A program made the position numbers and the translations under genes. Below, in pieces: positions 1 to 12,164 of a stretch of DNA of 64,000 nucleotides (position 1 is its first letter; the number at the start of each line of letters is the position of its first letter). Origin of the DNA: Mobula hypostoma (Eukaryota). The DNA is taken from assembly GCF_963921235.1 (NCBI RefSeq), contig NC_086097.1:215700001-215764000 (forward strand), given 5' to 3'. Below the pieces are notes generated by a model. The model searched no databases, had not been told where the DNA came from, and saw only the letters and a program-made list of their open reading frames with translations.

Positions 1-2680
1 TCTTCCACAGTGAAAACTGATGCAAAATACTCATTTAGTTCATCGGCCATCTTCTTATCCCCCATTATTATTTCTCATGCCTCATTTTCTAAAGGTCAAT
101 ATCCACTCTCATTTCTCTTTTATTTTTCACACACTTGAAAAAGCTTTTACTATATGCTTTGATATTGTTTACTAGCTTGCTTTCATATTTTATCTTTTCC
201 ATCCTAATGATTCTTCTAGTCATTCTCTGTAGGTTTTTAAAAGCTTCCTAATTCTCTATCTTCCCTCTAATTTTTACTTTGTTGAATCCCCTCTCTTTTG
301 CTTTTACATTAGCCTTGACTTCCCTTGTCAGCCACGTTTGTACTATTTTGCCATTTGTGTACTTGTTTGTTTTTGGAATGCATCTATTCTGCACCTTCCT
401 CATTTTTCCCAGAAACTCAGCTATTGCTGCTCTGCTGTCATCCCCACCAGCATCTCTTTCCAATTTACTTTTCCTGCCACTGCAATTTCCTTTACTTCAC
501 TGAAATTCTGCTACATCAGATTTTACTTTTGCCCTATCAAATATCAAATAGAACTCAAGCATATTCTGATCACTGTCTCCCAAGGGTTCTTTTACCTTAA
601 GCTCCCTAATCACCTCTGGTTCATTACATAAAACCCAATCCAGTACAGGTGATCCCCTGGTAGGCTTAATGACAAACTGCTCTAAAAAGCCATCTCGTAG
701 ACATTCAACAAACTCAATCTCTTGAGATTCATTGCCAACCTAATTTTCCCAATTGACCTCCATGTTAAAATCTCCCATGACTATCATAACATTACACTTT
801 TGACACGCCTTTTCCATTCTGTGGTCTAATCTGTGGTCCATATCCCGCTACTGCTGGGAGATGGTATATAACTGTCATTAGGGTCCTTTTTCCCTTGCAG
901 TTTCATAGAAACATAGAAACATAGAAAATAGGTGCAGGAGTAGGCCATTCGGCCCTTCGAGCCTGCACCGCCATTTATTATGATCATGGCTGATCATCCA
1001 ACTCAGAACCAACCCCAGCTTTCCCTCCATACCCCCTGACCCCTGTAGCCACAAAGGCCATATCTAACTCCCTCTTAAACATAGCCAATGAACTGGCCTC
1101 AACTGTTTCCTGTGGCAGAGAATTCCACAGATTCACCACTCTCTGTGTGAAGAAGTTTTTCCTAATCTCGGTCCTAAAAGGCTTCCCCTCTATCCTCAAA
1201 CTGTGACCCCTCGTTCTGAACTTCCCCAACATCGGGAACAATCTTCCTGCATCTAGCCTGTCCAATCCCTTTAGGATCTTATACGTTTCAATCAGATCCC
1301 CCCTCAATCTTCTAAATTCCAACGAGTACAAGCCCAGTTCATCCAGTCTTTCTTCATATGAAAGTCCTGCCATCCCAGGAATCAATCAGGTGAACCTTCT
1401 TTGTACTCCCTCTATGGCAAAGATGTCTTTCCTCAGATTAGGGGACCAAAACTGCACACAATACTCCAGGTGTGGTCTCACCAAGGCCTTGTACAACTGC
1501 AGTAGTACCTCTCTGCTCCTGTACTCGAATCCTCTCGCTATAAATGCCAGCATACCATTCGCCTTTTTCACGGCCTGCTGTACCTGCATGCCCACTTTCA
1601 ATGACGGGTGTATAATGACACCCAGGTCTCGTTGCACCTCCCCTTTTCCTAATCGGCTACCATTCAGATAATAATCTGTTTTCCTATTTTTGCCACCAAA
1701 GTGGATAACTTCACATTTATCCACATTAAATTGCATCTGCCATGAGTTTCTTAACTTAACCCATAAGAATGCAACATCTTCTGATCCTGTTTCACATCTT
1801 TCTACTGATTTGATGCTTTTCTCTACAAGCAGAGCCTCGCCACCCCCTCTGCTAACCTTCCTATCCTTCCAATACAATGTGTAACCTTGGACTTTCAGCT
1901 CCCAACTACAACCATCCTTCAGCCACGATTCAGTGATGGCCACAACATCATACCTGACAATCTGTAATAGTGTAACAAGATCATCCACCTTATTTTTTAT
2001 ACTCCATGCATTGAGGTATAACATTTTGAGTACTGTTTTTGCTACCCCTTTTAATTCAGCATCCCTAATGCACTAATAATCTCCCTGCTGGTTGCAATTT
2101 TTTCCTATCATCTGCCTGCCCTTCCTGACAATCTATGCTACCTTTGCTTTTTTACTATCTGTCCTATCCTGAGTCCCTTCACTCCGGTTCCCGCCCCCTA
2201 TCAAATTAGTTTAAACCCTCTCCAACAGCTCTAAAATCCTGCCCATGAGAATATTGCTCCCCCTCGAGTTCAGGTGCAACCCATCATTTTTGTACAGGTC
2301 GTACCTCCCCCAGAAGAGATCCCAGTGATCCAAGAACCCGAATCCAGCCCCCTTCACCAGCTTCTCAGCCATGCATTTAGCTGCCAAAACATCCTGTTTC
2401 TACCCTCACTGGGGCAAGGCACAAGTAGCAATCCAGAAAGTACTCCCCTGGAGTTCCGCCTTCACAGCTTTCTGCCTCGCCCTCTAAATTCTCTCTTCAG
2501 GAGCACGTTGCTTTTCCTTCCTATGTCATTAGTACCAAAATGTACCAAGACATCTGTCTGCTCTGCTTCCCCCTCCAAAATGCTGCGGACACTATTCAAG
2601 AGGATCCTGACCCTGGCACCTGGGAGGCCACATACCATGCAAGTCTCCCATTCATGTCCACAGAATCTCCTGTTGATTGT
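1..2680 (-). mobile_element. CR1-clade LINE (older, decayed): 3' part of ORF1 (SGNH esterase-like) plus ORF2 endonuclease/linker; interrupted by a younger CR1 at 905-1744 and running off the left window edge
   Basis: ORF 2462-2704(-) has LPGARV and VHFGTNDIG (esterase GxND block of CR1 ORF1). The N-terminus of ORF 1386-2024(-), YLNAWSIKNK..DVVAITESWL, is an APE endonuclease start. ORF 248-463(-) resembles the EN-RT linker. Homologous to the copy at 8853-10700. Confidence 0.9.
905..1744 (-). mobile_element. Young 5'-truncated CR1 LINE (C-terminal ORF2 and 3' UTR) nested in the older CR1
   Basis: Encodes WQMQFNVDKCEVIHFG..LVRPHLEYCVQFWSP..RRLRGDLIETYK..FFTQRVVNLWNSLP. The 3' tail is (TTTCTATG)n on the - strand at 905-926. 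TSD AGTTTC at 899-904 and 1745-1750. Confidence 0.93.
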
Positions 2681-3419
2681 GACAGAGTGGTAAGGTATTT
2701 TCAAAGCAGTGTGGATTGACTTGACAGGAATCTTGGGAGGAAGTGGTAGTCACCTCATGCATCTATCAGGTTTGAATTTCTGGATGGGACTGAATATTTA
2801 AGCTGTTGGATAGCTGCCAATCAAATGAAGTGTTTTGTTCTGGATGTGTTAAGTTTGTTTTAAGCATTGCTGGTGTCGAATTCATCCAGGCATGAAGAGA
2901 GATGCTATTGATCTCATTTCCCACCTCTGGAAGATAGAACTGCATTCACTGGCATTCAGGATTGTATTTCTGTTCTAAAGACAATGAACAATCACAGCCT
3001 TTCTTGATAGTGATATATCTCATCTCAATGTGTGCACCAAACTTGTATCTTACTCTAGATCCCACTGAAGTAGTGGCAACAAAGGCAGCAACTTTTTATA
3101 TGGAATCCTTAGGATAAAACTTTCAGGGAGCTTCATCACTTAAAACCCCTGCTATCTTTTCAAACTCACTATTATTACCAGTCTTTAACTGTATAGGGTA
3201 GATCATGTAGTAAGGCATCCATGAAGTTTCACATAAAACACAAGCTAAATCTTAGTCAAAGAGGTAGGTTTTAAGAAATGACATGAATGAGGAAAAATAT
3301 ACAGTGCAAGGAAGAAGTTTAAGAGAGGTTGTCAGAGCTGGGGGCTCTGGCAGCTCAATATACAGCTGCTAATATTTGAATGCTTAAAACTGGGAATGCT
3401 CAAGAAGCTTCAATTATAA

Positions 3420-3550
3420 TCCTAATAAAGGGTCACAGCCTGAAAATTTGACTATTTAGTCCTCTCCATCAATGCTGTATGACCTACTGAGTTCCTCCAG
3501 CATTTTGTGTGTGTGTAGCTCTGGATTTCCAGCATCTGCAAAATGCTTTG
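3420..3550 (+). mobile_element. Penelope-derived repeat arm (degenerate)
   Basis: Matches the in-window family motif ..GGGTC..CCTGAAA..GACT..CCAT..ATGCTG..CTGAGTTCCTCCAGCATTTTGTGTGTG..GGATTTCCAGCATCTGCA seen at 14523, 32900, 60120 and 63836. Confidence 0.7.
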
Positions 3551-3699
3551 TGCTTATAATCATAGGAGTTCAGAGATCTCAGACAAGTGCAGACGATGAG
3601 GAGTCTGTACTGTTAGCAACTGAGATGCCATTCACAGATTTGAAAACGGGGGTGGGGGGGGCGAATTTTAAAACAATTTTCCCACCCGTCCAACAATCA

Positions 3700-4052
3700 C
3701 TTTGACCCACTGCCATCAAGCAGGAGGTTAGGGATGTACTCTTACATCCTTAACAGAAAACTGTTAGGATGGGAAACAGCTTCTTCCCCAGGCCATGTGA
3801 CTACTGAACTCCCTGCCACCACCCACGTCTCATCATGTATGAAGCGCCAGTAGCATTACACTCTTCACTTTTTAACTTGTGATGGAACTGCACCTTATTA
3901 ATTGTTAATTTACTAGTGGCACTATACTTTATGTATTATGTGTGTGAGTTATATGTTCTGTGTTGTGCACCTTGTTCTGAAGGAATATTGTTTCATTTGG
4001 TGGTATACATGCCTATGCTTGAATGACAATAAACTGAATTTGAACTTGAACT
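3700..4052 (+). mobile_element. Rex1/Babar-like LINE 3' end
   Basis: Degenerate LPS.RR and NSFFP.A..LLN coding remnant, then AATAAA and a (GAACTT)n-type tail. Same subfamily as 5752-6120 in the opposite orientation. Confidence 0.7.
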
Positions 4053-4166
4053 AATGTACCAGAAACTAACAAAAGAAGTAAGAACTCTTTTTTAAAAAAA
4101 AATCAAAATGTATGTGGGCACATTAACCAAATGAAATTGGGTGGGAGTTAAGATACAATAAAGATT

Positions 4167-4437
4167 CGGGGCACAGTGATAGTGTAGCGGTTAATGCAAT
4201 GCTATTACAGCTTAGGGCTTTGGAATTCAGAGCTCAATTCAGACATCGTCCGTAAGGGGCTTGTACGTCTTCCTTGTGACCAATTCAAATTCCTTTGGGT
4301 GCTCCAGTTTCCTCCCACATTAATTGGTCATTGTAAATTGTCCTGTAATTGGGCTGGAGTTACATCAGTGACTTGCTTTGTGGTGCAGCTTGTTGGGCTG
4401 GAAGGGCCCGCTTCACACAGTATCTCAGAATAAATAA
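4167..4437 (+). mobile_element. tRNA-derived V-domain SINE (HE1-like)
   Basis: A-box-like TAGTGTAGCGG, V-domain GGGTGCTCCAGTTTCCTCCCACA, then TTGGTCATTGTAAATTGTCC and an AATAAAT tail. Confidence 0.75.
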
Positions 4438-4734
4438 CCATATTTGGATGAGCTCTAGTCTACACCGGATGCAAACTATAAGATTAACCAGGCATTCTTG
4501 GAACAGAGAATTATTTGGATTAGTGATTACACAAATGTCAGCTTCTGACCCAGGGTCAGAAGCCAATGAGATATGGAGTAAACCTCTTCAGTTAGCTTAT
4601 TCTCTGATGCATATTCATCAGTCTGATTCCAATAATTATTTCATCAGGATACCTTTAACACTTCTTTTTTATCCAGTTGAAATTAATGACCATTAGTTCG
4701 GCATCAGTACAATAACTGTTCAGTAACTGACCTT

Positions 4735-5322
4735 GTGAGTGTGAGGACTCTGTCAGTAGGAGTCGATCATGGATATTGCATCCTAGATGTCTAAATACAT
4801 AAGCCTGGGCAGTACGATATGGAGAGTAATCTGTTTCCCCTGTAGCAAGCTCCCCTCTCTAAACATCTGATGAATCCAAAGGAACTACAGAGACTGATAC
4901 AGTTTGGTACCAGCGGCATCGCAGGAGTTGCTAGTCAGCATTGAGCTCAATGTAGGACTGCCTTAGGGACTCTGTCGCCTGGTTTTTCTTCAGCGTTTAC
5001 TCCCGAAGCCTTCCCCATGAGTGGGTATAGCTGCAAGGCAGTGGAGGTTTGAGATTAGAGTTTTCCTTCTCCTGGAAGAGCTACCAACCACGGCTGATGA
5101 GCCACATCTGCCCAAACCGACTGGTTTTAAGGTGCCAACAACCCACCTTTGCCCATCCTTGTCAGTAGAAATGGTTCTGCTGGGCTTAGTAGAAAAGCCA
5201 CACGTGAAGGCCAGGAGCTGGACTTGGTTACCAGAGACTACTTGAGATGCACATTGTCAGAAACGTTTAACAAGTAGTGGGAGTTTAACCCCATTTCCAC
5301 CCCCCACGATAACAACCTTAAG
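4735..5322 (-). mobile_element. Non-autonomous RTE-type element (5'UTR-derived, non-coding)
   Basis: 10-bp TSD AACTGACCTT at 4725-4734 and 5323-5332. The - strand carries the RTE 5'UTR-type motif GGAGAAGGAAAACTCT..TCAAACC. Confidence 0.72.
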
Positions 5323-5751
5323 AACTGACCTTATCACAAATGTATAATGTGGTCACTGGGATGTAAACTTTGCTTTGCTGTTCCTTGAATACAATTCAGA
5401 ATTCAGTCCCTTATATCATGGAAGATTAATTATACTCTCCATACTTAGTTGATTATTTAATATTTTGGATCATCTCTGAAATAATGTCTTATTCCTACTC
5501 CTGAGATTCAGATTCAGATTTATTTATCACATATGCACTGAAACATAGTGAAATGCATTGTTTGTGTTTACAGCTAGCACACCCAAGGATGCGCTGGGGG
5601 AGGCCCACAAGTAAGAGTAAGAATAAAATATAGGTAAGAATAAAGATGAAATGCTTTAGGCTTAGTTGAATCACCGTAAAATGCCAGCATAAATAACCGC
5701 AGGCCCAATGCAACGAAGGGAGTCTCTGAACCTGCACAAGTCAGTGCAGTA

Positions 5752-6120
5752 ATTCAAGATCAAGTTCAAGTTTATTGTCATTCGGCCACATAAATGTATA
5801 CAGCCAAACAAAACAATGTTCCTCCAGACCAAGGCATACAACACAGTACATACAACTCACACACAACACGTAAAGTAATATTGCCATAAATAAAATAACA
5901 AATAATAAACCATATTCCAGAAGACTGACATTTAGCAAAAGGTGTATTTATGACACAGTTAAGAATTAAACAGTTTAGTGCTACTGGCGCTTCATAAATG
6001 ATGAGACCCGGGTGGTGGCAAGAAGTTCAGTAGTCTCAGGGCCCAAGGGAAGAAGCTGTTTGCCATTCTCGCAGTTCTTGCCACAGTACCTCCTGCCTGA
6101 TGGTAGTGGATCAAAGAGAA
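5752..6120 (-). mobile_element. Rex1/Babar-like LINE 3' end
   Basis: Reverse-complement homologue of 3700-4052 (TTCAAGTTTATTGTC tail; GCTACTGGCGCTTCAT; GGGAAGAAGCTGTTT). Confidence 0.7.
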
Positions 6121-7619
6121 ACATAGGTAGTGCAAACACCTACTACCTCGCCTGATGGCTAAATCACTTGCAAAGATGCCAAATTAATTGCACTTTTGCA
6201 GAATTTTGTGGATTTTCTGGGTGGGTGTACAATGTAAAATATAATTCCTCCACCTGTTTCCATGAGCAAAAAAAGCATGAAATATATATTTTATATTCCA
6301 GCTGAGTTTCCTGTTAATATCAACCAGTATTTTTCACCCTTTTTAAATATATTCACTACACCAGTGCGTTATGTCACACTGAGAAATAAAACACGTTTAC
6401 CAAAATATTTCACACAATGCCAGTACCAAGAACTGAGAGGTAAGTGAAAGCAACACTTCCACTCCACTGCTCTGACAGTAATAGAGTGATAATTTTAAAG
6501 CAAAATGGCTCTTTCTTAGTCTTGTCATCTTTTATGTTCTTCTATCCAACCAGGGAGAGTTTGATGCCTGAAATGGAAAGAGTGCCATTTCGCAGCTCAA
6601 ATATCCTTTACCCTGATGACAATTGAGACGCATTGAATGAAGCTGAATAAATCTGAAGAGTGTGAGAGAACCCAATGTTAATAAAAAGTGGAAATTGAAA
6701 AACACTAAGCTTGGGTTTTAAAAGCCTGCGGACAGTCAGAAGAAAAACAAGGATTCAGCCAATAAGGAGTTAAAGCCTGACCCAAAAAAGATCGACTTTA
6801 GAGATAATAATAAAATGATTCTGATATTTGATGTGATGCGAATAACAGAACAAAATAAATAAAACAAAATGAAAACAAAATAAGTGTCGAGCTTTCTAAT
6901 GACCTTTCCAAAGTCATATCTGACATAAAGTAAACCATCTGAATACAGCAAATGTTATAATCAGCTTTAATGAAAGAGGAAAAGATACTAAATATGGGGG
7001 CAAATTTGCTGTGTTCACCCCACACGCAGTGCTTTGCAAGGTGGCAGAAAATACGTATCTGAAAGCCACAGACGCAATTATCCAATAGATTTGCCAGTAC
7101 TTAAATTGACTTGGGAAATTCAGAGTATAGCTTTAGGCTGTGAATTTAATGAGGTAAGATATTTCTATCCTTCAGGAAATGTTTCAAAGCCTTTTTGCCC
7201 TTGTGGTTCAACAAGGGAGAGAAAAAGTTCTAAAGGTTTCAGATACTATGTTGCAGTTAAAAATGGCAGAAATTTCCTGCAATTCAGAGAGCTGAACAGC
7301 TAATTGCAGCAGAAAATGCAGAGCATGAGACCTAACCAGGGTGGGGAGAGATGATTCATGGCAGTTGCAGGTCTTAACCTGGATAGCTTCTGCCCAGCTG
7401 TTGGTCACTGCTGAATTAATGGCACCCAGCTCTGCAAGAACCGGTGTAGAAGAGAGGATCCACAAACACATCCTCCAGTTTTCATATTCCACTTCTCCCT
7501 CACCACACTCTCTTCTGAATTACATACTGCAGAGGGCTCCTTGCATTTCTTTCCTTCTGTGAAACATCACTCAACACAACATTTGTCCTTGTTTTCATAG
7601 ACCCAAGAACTGCAACTTG

Positions 7620-7878
7620 GCCAGCCATTGCTCCAGTTCACATCCACAGCCACCAATACTGCATGGGAGTTGGTGCATTCTCCCCATGACTGTGTAGATG
7701 TCATCCAGGTACTCCAGCTTCCTCCCACAGTCCAAAGTCATACCAGCTGGTAAGGTCATTGGCCATTGTAAATTGTCCCATGATTAAGCTAGGGTTAAAT
7801 CAGGAGATGCTGTTGCAGCACAGCTCGAAGGGCTGAGACGGCCTATTTCACATTGTGTCTCAATCAATCGATCAATAG
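7620..7878 (+). mobile_element. V-domain SINE (degenerate)
   Basis: GGTACTCCAGCTTCCTCCCACAGTCCAAAG..TTGGCCATTGTAAATTGTCC and a (CAAT)n tail. A further decayed copy lies at ~8205-8420. Confidence 0.7.
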
Positions 7879-8580
7879 AAATGTGATGGATAGAGCCAGG
7901 AGAATCAGACTATGAGTGCTCAACAGTCACAATGAGAGGAGAGACTAGACTAATGCAGGGGATAGGAAAATGGAGGCAACTTGTTGCGGGGCAAGTCACA
8001 CACTCCAGAGAACTTTACCTCCACCTTCAGAAGAAAACAGCTATAATGTAAACCGCCATGCATAATATTTAGGAAAGCCTATAAGAAAGCTCCCTTTCAT
8101 TTTTTAAAAACAATGAGTGCGTTGTTATATCAATTAGTAGCATTTAGGCAAATGGCTTTTTGCAGAGCATTTTCAACAGGTGATCAGTTGTATTTCAATG
8201 CCGATATTGATCACAGTACACCCGATACTGTTCCACTGTCTGGTGAGTGAGATCTGATTTCTTTCTTGGGTGCTGTCCACATGGAGTTTGCACATTCTCT
8301 CTGTGAGCACGTGGTTTTATTGTGGATGCTCGAGTTTGCTCCCACATCACAAAGACACACTGATTGACTACTGGCTGCTTTAAATTGCCCTCAATATAGA
8401 TGAGTGGAGTAGAATCAGGAGGTAATTAGTAATTGGTTTATTATCGAAAAGCTTTTGTTTGCGTGCTATCCAGATATTGTTCCTTACATAGATACATTTA
8501 AATCGCACAGAGGAAAGAAACAAAATTTCAAATAAGGTATAGTGTCACAGTTAGATGGAAATGCAGCGCAGGTAGATAAT

Positions 8581-11500
8581 TACTGGACAATAAATATTTC
8601 AAAAATGTTGGTCCTTCAGGAAATTTTTTTGTTGATGATAGACAGCTTGAAGATAAACACAAATATAAATTCAGACTACTTGTATCATGTAGGAATTTAG
8701 AGAAACAGGAAATTAACTTTTATTGAATATAATGTGTTTAATTGCATAATAGTGCTGATGCTTTGCAATAAATCAACAAACTAGAAATGTTTTGTTGATG
8801 ATTTTCATTTGTGCTTGGTGTTCATAAGACGTAGGAGTAGAACTAGGTAATTTTCCACAGTGAAAACAGATGCAAAGTACCGATTAAGTTCATCTGCCAT
8901 TTCTTTGTCCCCCATTACTACCTCACCAACATCATTTTCTAGTGGTCCAATATCAAATCTCACCTCCTTTTACTCTTTATATAACTGAAAAATCTTTTAG
9001 TATCCTGCTTTATATTATTGGCTAGTTTGCCCTCATATTTCATCTTTTCCCTTCTTATCGCATTTTTATGTTGCCTTTTGTTGGATTTTAAAAGCTTCCC
9101 AATCGTCCAACTTCCCACTCACTTTTGCTACCTTATATGCCCTTTCCTTGGCTTTTATACAGTCCTTAACTTCCCTTGTCAGCTACGATAGCCTACCCCT
9201 GCTATTTGAGAACTTTTTCTACTGTAGGACATATCTATCCTGTGCCTTGTGAACTATTCCCAGAAACTTCAAACTTCATTCCCACCAGTATCCTCCTCCA
9301 ATCCACTTGGGTAGGCTCTGCTATCATGCATCTATAATTCCTTTTACTCCCATTGTGATACTGATACATGTGACTTATGCTCAAATTGCTATATGAATTC
9401 AAACATATTATGATCACTACCTCCTAAGGGTTCCTTTACATTAAGCTCCCTCATAATGTCTGGGTTATTACACAACATTCAATCTAAGATAGCCTTTCCC
9501 CAAGTAGGCTCAAGCACAAGCTGCTCTAAAAGGCCATCTCATAGGCATTCAACAAATTCCCTCCCTTGCCAACCCAATTTTCCCAATTCCCTTGCACGTT
9601 GAAGTCCCCCATTACAATTGTGTCATTACCCTTATTACATGCCTTTTTCAGCTCCCTTTGTAATCTTAACCCCATATCTTGGCTACTATTTGGAGGCCTA
9701 TATATGATTTCCATAATAGTTTTCGACCCTTGCAGTTTCTTAAGTCCATCCACAAAGATTCCATATTTTCTAACCCTATGTCATCTCTTTCTGAAGATGT
9801 AATTCCATCACTTACCTACAGAGTCACACCACCACCTATGCCTTCCTGCCTGTCCTTTCGATACAAAGTATATCCTTTGATGTTGAGCTCCCAACTATAG
9901 CCTTCTTTCAGCCACGACTCAGAGATGCCCACAACATCATACTGACCAATCTCTAATTATACCAGGAGTTCATCCAGCGCATTTAAATACAGGACATTCA
10001 GTCCTACATTCTTCACCCTTTTGTATTTTGCCTCTGTGGTGCAATATAAATCTTTACTCTGTCTGTATTTGTATCCAGTTATTGGCTTGTCCTTCCTTAC
10101 ATTCACATAACATTCATCAACTACTTGTAAACCTGCAGGGTCATCCTCAGCTCTAGTATACTGGTTCCCATCCCCCTGCCATATTAGTTTAAACCACTCC
10201 CAACAACTCCAGTAAACCTGCCCGCAAGAATATTGGTCCCCCTCGGGTTCAAGTGCAACCCTCCCTTTCGTACATGCCCCACCTGCCCCAGAAGAGGCCC
10301 CAATTATCCAGAAATCTGAATCCCTGATCCCTGCTCCAACTTTTCAGCCACACAGTTATCTGCCACCTCATTTTATTTCTATCCTCACTGTCATGTGGCA
10401 CAGACAGCGATCCCAAGATTACTACTCTTAAGGTCCAGCTTCTCTGCTTCCTTCCTAACTCCCTATATTCTGTTTTCAGAACCTCCTGTACCTATGTTGC
10501 TGGTACCAATATATACCACGACCTCTGGCTGCTCACCCTCCCTTTTCAGGATATTATGGACATGTTCAGAAACATTGCAGACCCTGGCACTTGGGGGGCA
10601 AACTACCATCTGTGTTTCTTTATCACATCCACAGAATTGCCTATCTGTCCCCCTGACTACAGAGTGCCCTGTTACTGCTGCCATCCTCTTCAGTTCCCTA
10701 CCCTTCTGAGCCACACTCTGGACTCAGTGCCAGAGGCACGGCCTCTGTTGCTTCCCCCAGGTAGATTCCCCCCCCCTCCCCACCAACAGTACTCAAAATG
10801 GAGTTCTTATTGTTGAAAGGGACGGCCACAGGTCTGCTCTCCACTATCTGATGTTCTCCCTTCCCTCTCCTGACAGTCACCCATTTATCTGTCTCCTGTA
10901 GTCTTGGGGTGACTACCTCACTGTGGCTCCTGTCTGTCACTGCTTCACTTTCCCAAACAAGCCGAAGGTCATCGAGCTGCAGCTCCAGTTCCTTCCCAAC
11001 ACGGTCTCATAGGAGTTGCATCTTGAAGCACCTGGTCTATTGAGGAGGCTAGTAGTCTCCCGGAAATCCCACATCTGACACCCAGAACAGAACAATGGCC
11101 CTGTAGCCATATTCTCTATTTTCTTGAGAGTTAAATAAGAAAGAAAAAATAAGAAATAAGGAGTGAACTTACCTACTAACATTGCCTGTGCCTGTTCTCA
11201 CTGAAGCCTGTTGAGCCAAAGCCTTACCACTCTGACTCAGACCACTCCCATGATGACCACTCCACTGGACAGTACCCTTCTTTTATGGAGACTGGGTTTT
11301 TAAAGCTCTTCGCCGGACTTGCGCAAGAATGCCTCTCTTTCATCTGCACAGTACACCAAGCAATGACTCCTGCTGAAAAAAACATTCTTGCTTTTTAAAG
11401 CTCTTTGCCCGACTTGCCCAGGAACACTTCTCTTGTGTCTGTGTAGTACTTCAAGTAATGACTCTGAAGCTTCTCGCTTAAGTGTCCAACAATAATTAGC

Positions 11501-12164
11501 TGTCATTGATGGATTCCAGTTTCCCTAGTACCATTTCTCCATGACCTCAATGTCATGATGAAACCTTCCACCATGCTCGTTCCTGACAGTGCCAAGATTA
11601 ACAGGGAAGGATTCTAAATGGGAATGCACAAAATGACTCTTTAGTGACATGTTGCACTTCATGGTTTTGTATACTTGAAGCATGTTGTCAACCAACTGCA
11701 TGTAGTTTGGAGCTCTGTAGTTGCCAAGAAATTTTTCAATAACATCCTTGAATACCTTCCATGCGATTTTCTCCGGTCCCACTAGACGTTCTTCGAATTG
11801 CCTATCATTGATGACCTGTTTCATATGCAGACCACCAAAAATGCCTTCCTTAATCTTGGCATCAGTTAATCTGGGAAATGTCTATATCAGATATTGAAAT
11901 CCTTCATGGAAATGTCTTGCTATGCAGCATCCCACCCTTCCTATGCATGTCCAGGTAGGCCTGGAGAAAATAAAAAACTTTTCAACTTACATTGTGGGCT
12001 ACATTTTAATTGATTTGAATTATGAATTGAAATAACAAATATAGATGATTTCAAAAGATGGTGCATGATAGGGAAAATTCATGGAGATTTTAATGATCAG
12101 CAACCCAAAATCCATAAGATACACCAAAAAAGTATTTAGGAAACAAAATCTTTGCTGTCTAGCA
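8581..12164 (-). mobile_element. Chapaev3-like (CMC superfamily) DNA transposon, internally deleted and split by a CR1 insertion
   Basis: ORF 11525-11824(-) FLGNYRAPNY..CNMSLKSHFVHSHLESFP.NLG.V..EHGGRFHHDI..MEKWY, preceded by FPRLTDAKIKEGIF. The C-terminus continues across the CR1 (..YCWTLKREAS at ~11465, then TKHK*KSSTKHF* at 8781-8820). Imperfect TIRs at 8581-8599 and 12146-12164 (14/19 match). Family name from motif recall. Confidence 0.72.
8821..11462 (-). mobile_element. CR1 LINE with both termini but lacking the RT domain (5'UTR, ORF1, endonuclease, then directly the 3' terminus)
   Basis: ORF1 remnants MATGPLFCSGCQMWDF (10937-11182) and PSARV..VVVYIGTSNIG (10463-10714). EN remnant IYRPPNS..IVMGDFN (9526-9753). 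A CR1 3' end (CATAAGACGTAGGAGTAGAACTAGG, 8823-8847) abuts the EN-RT linker at ~8853. Confidence 0.85.
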
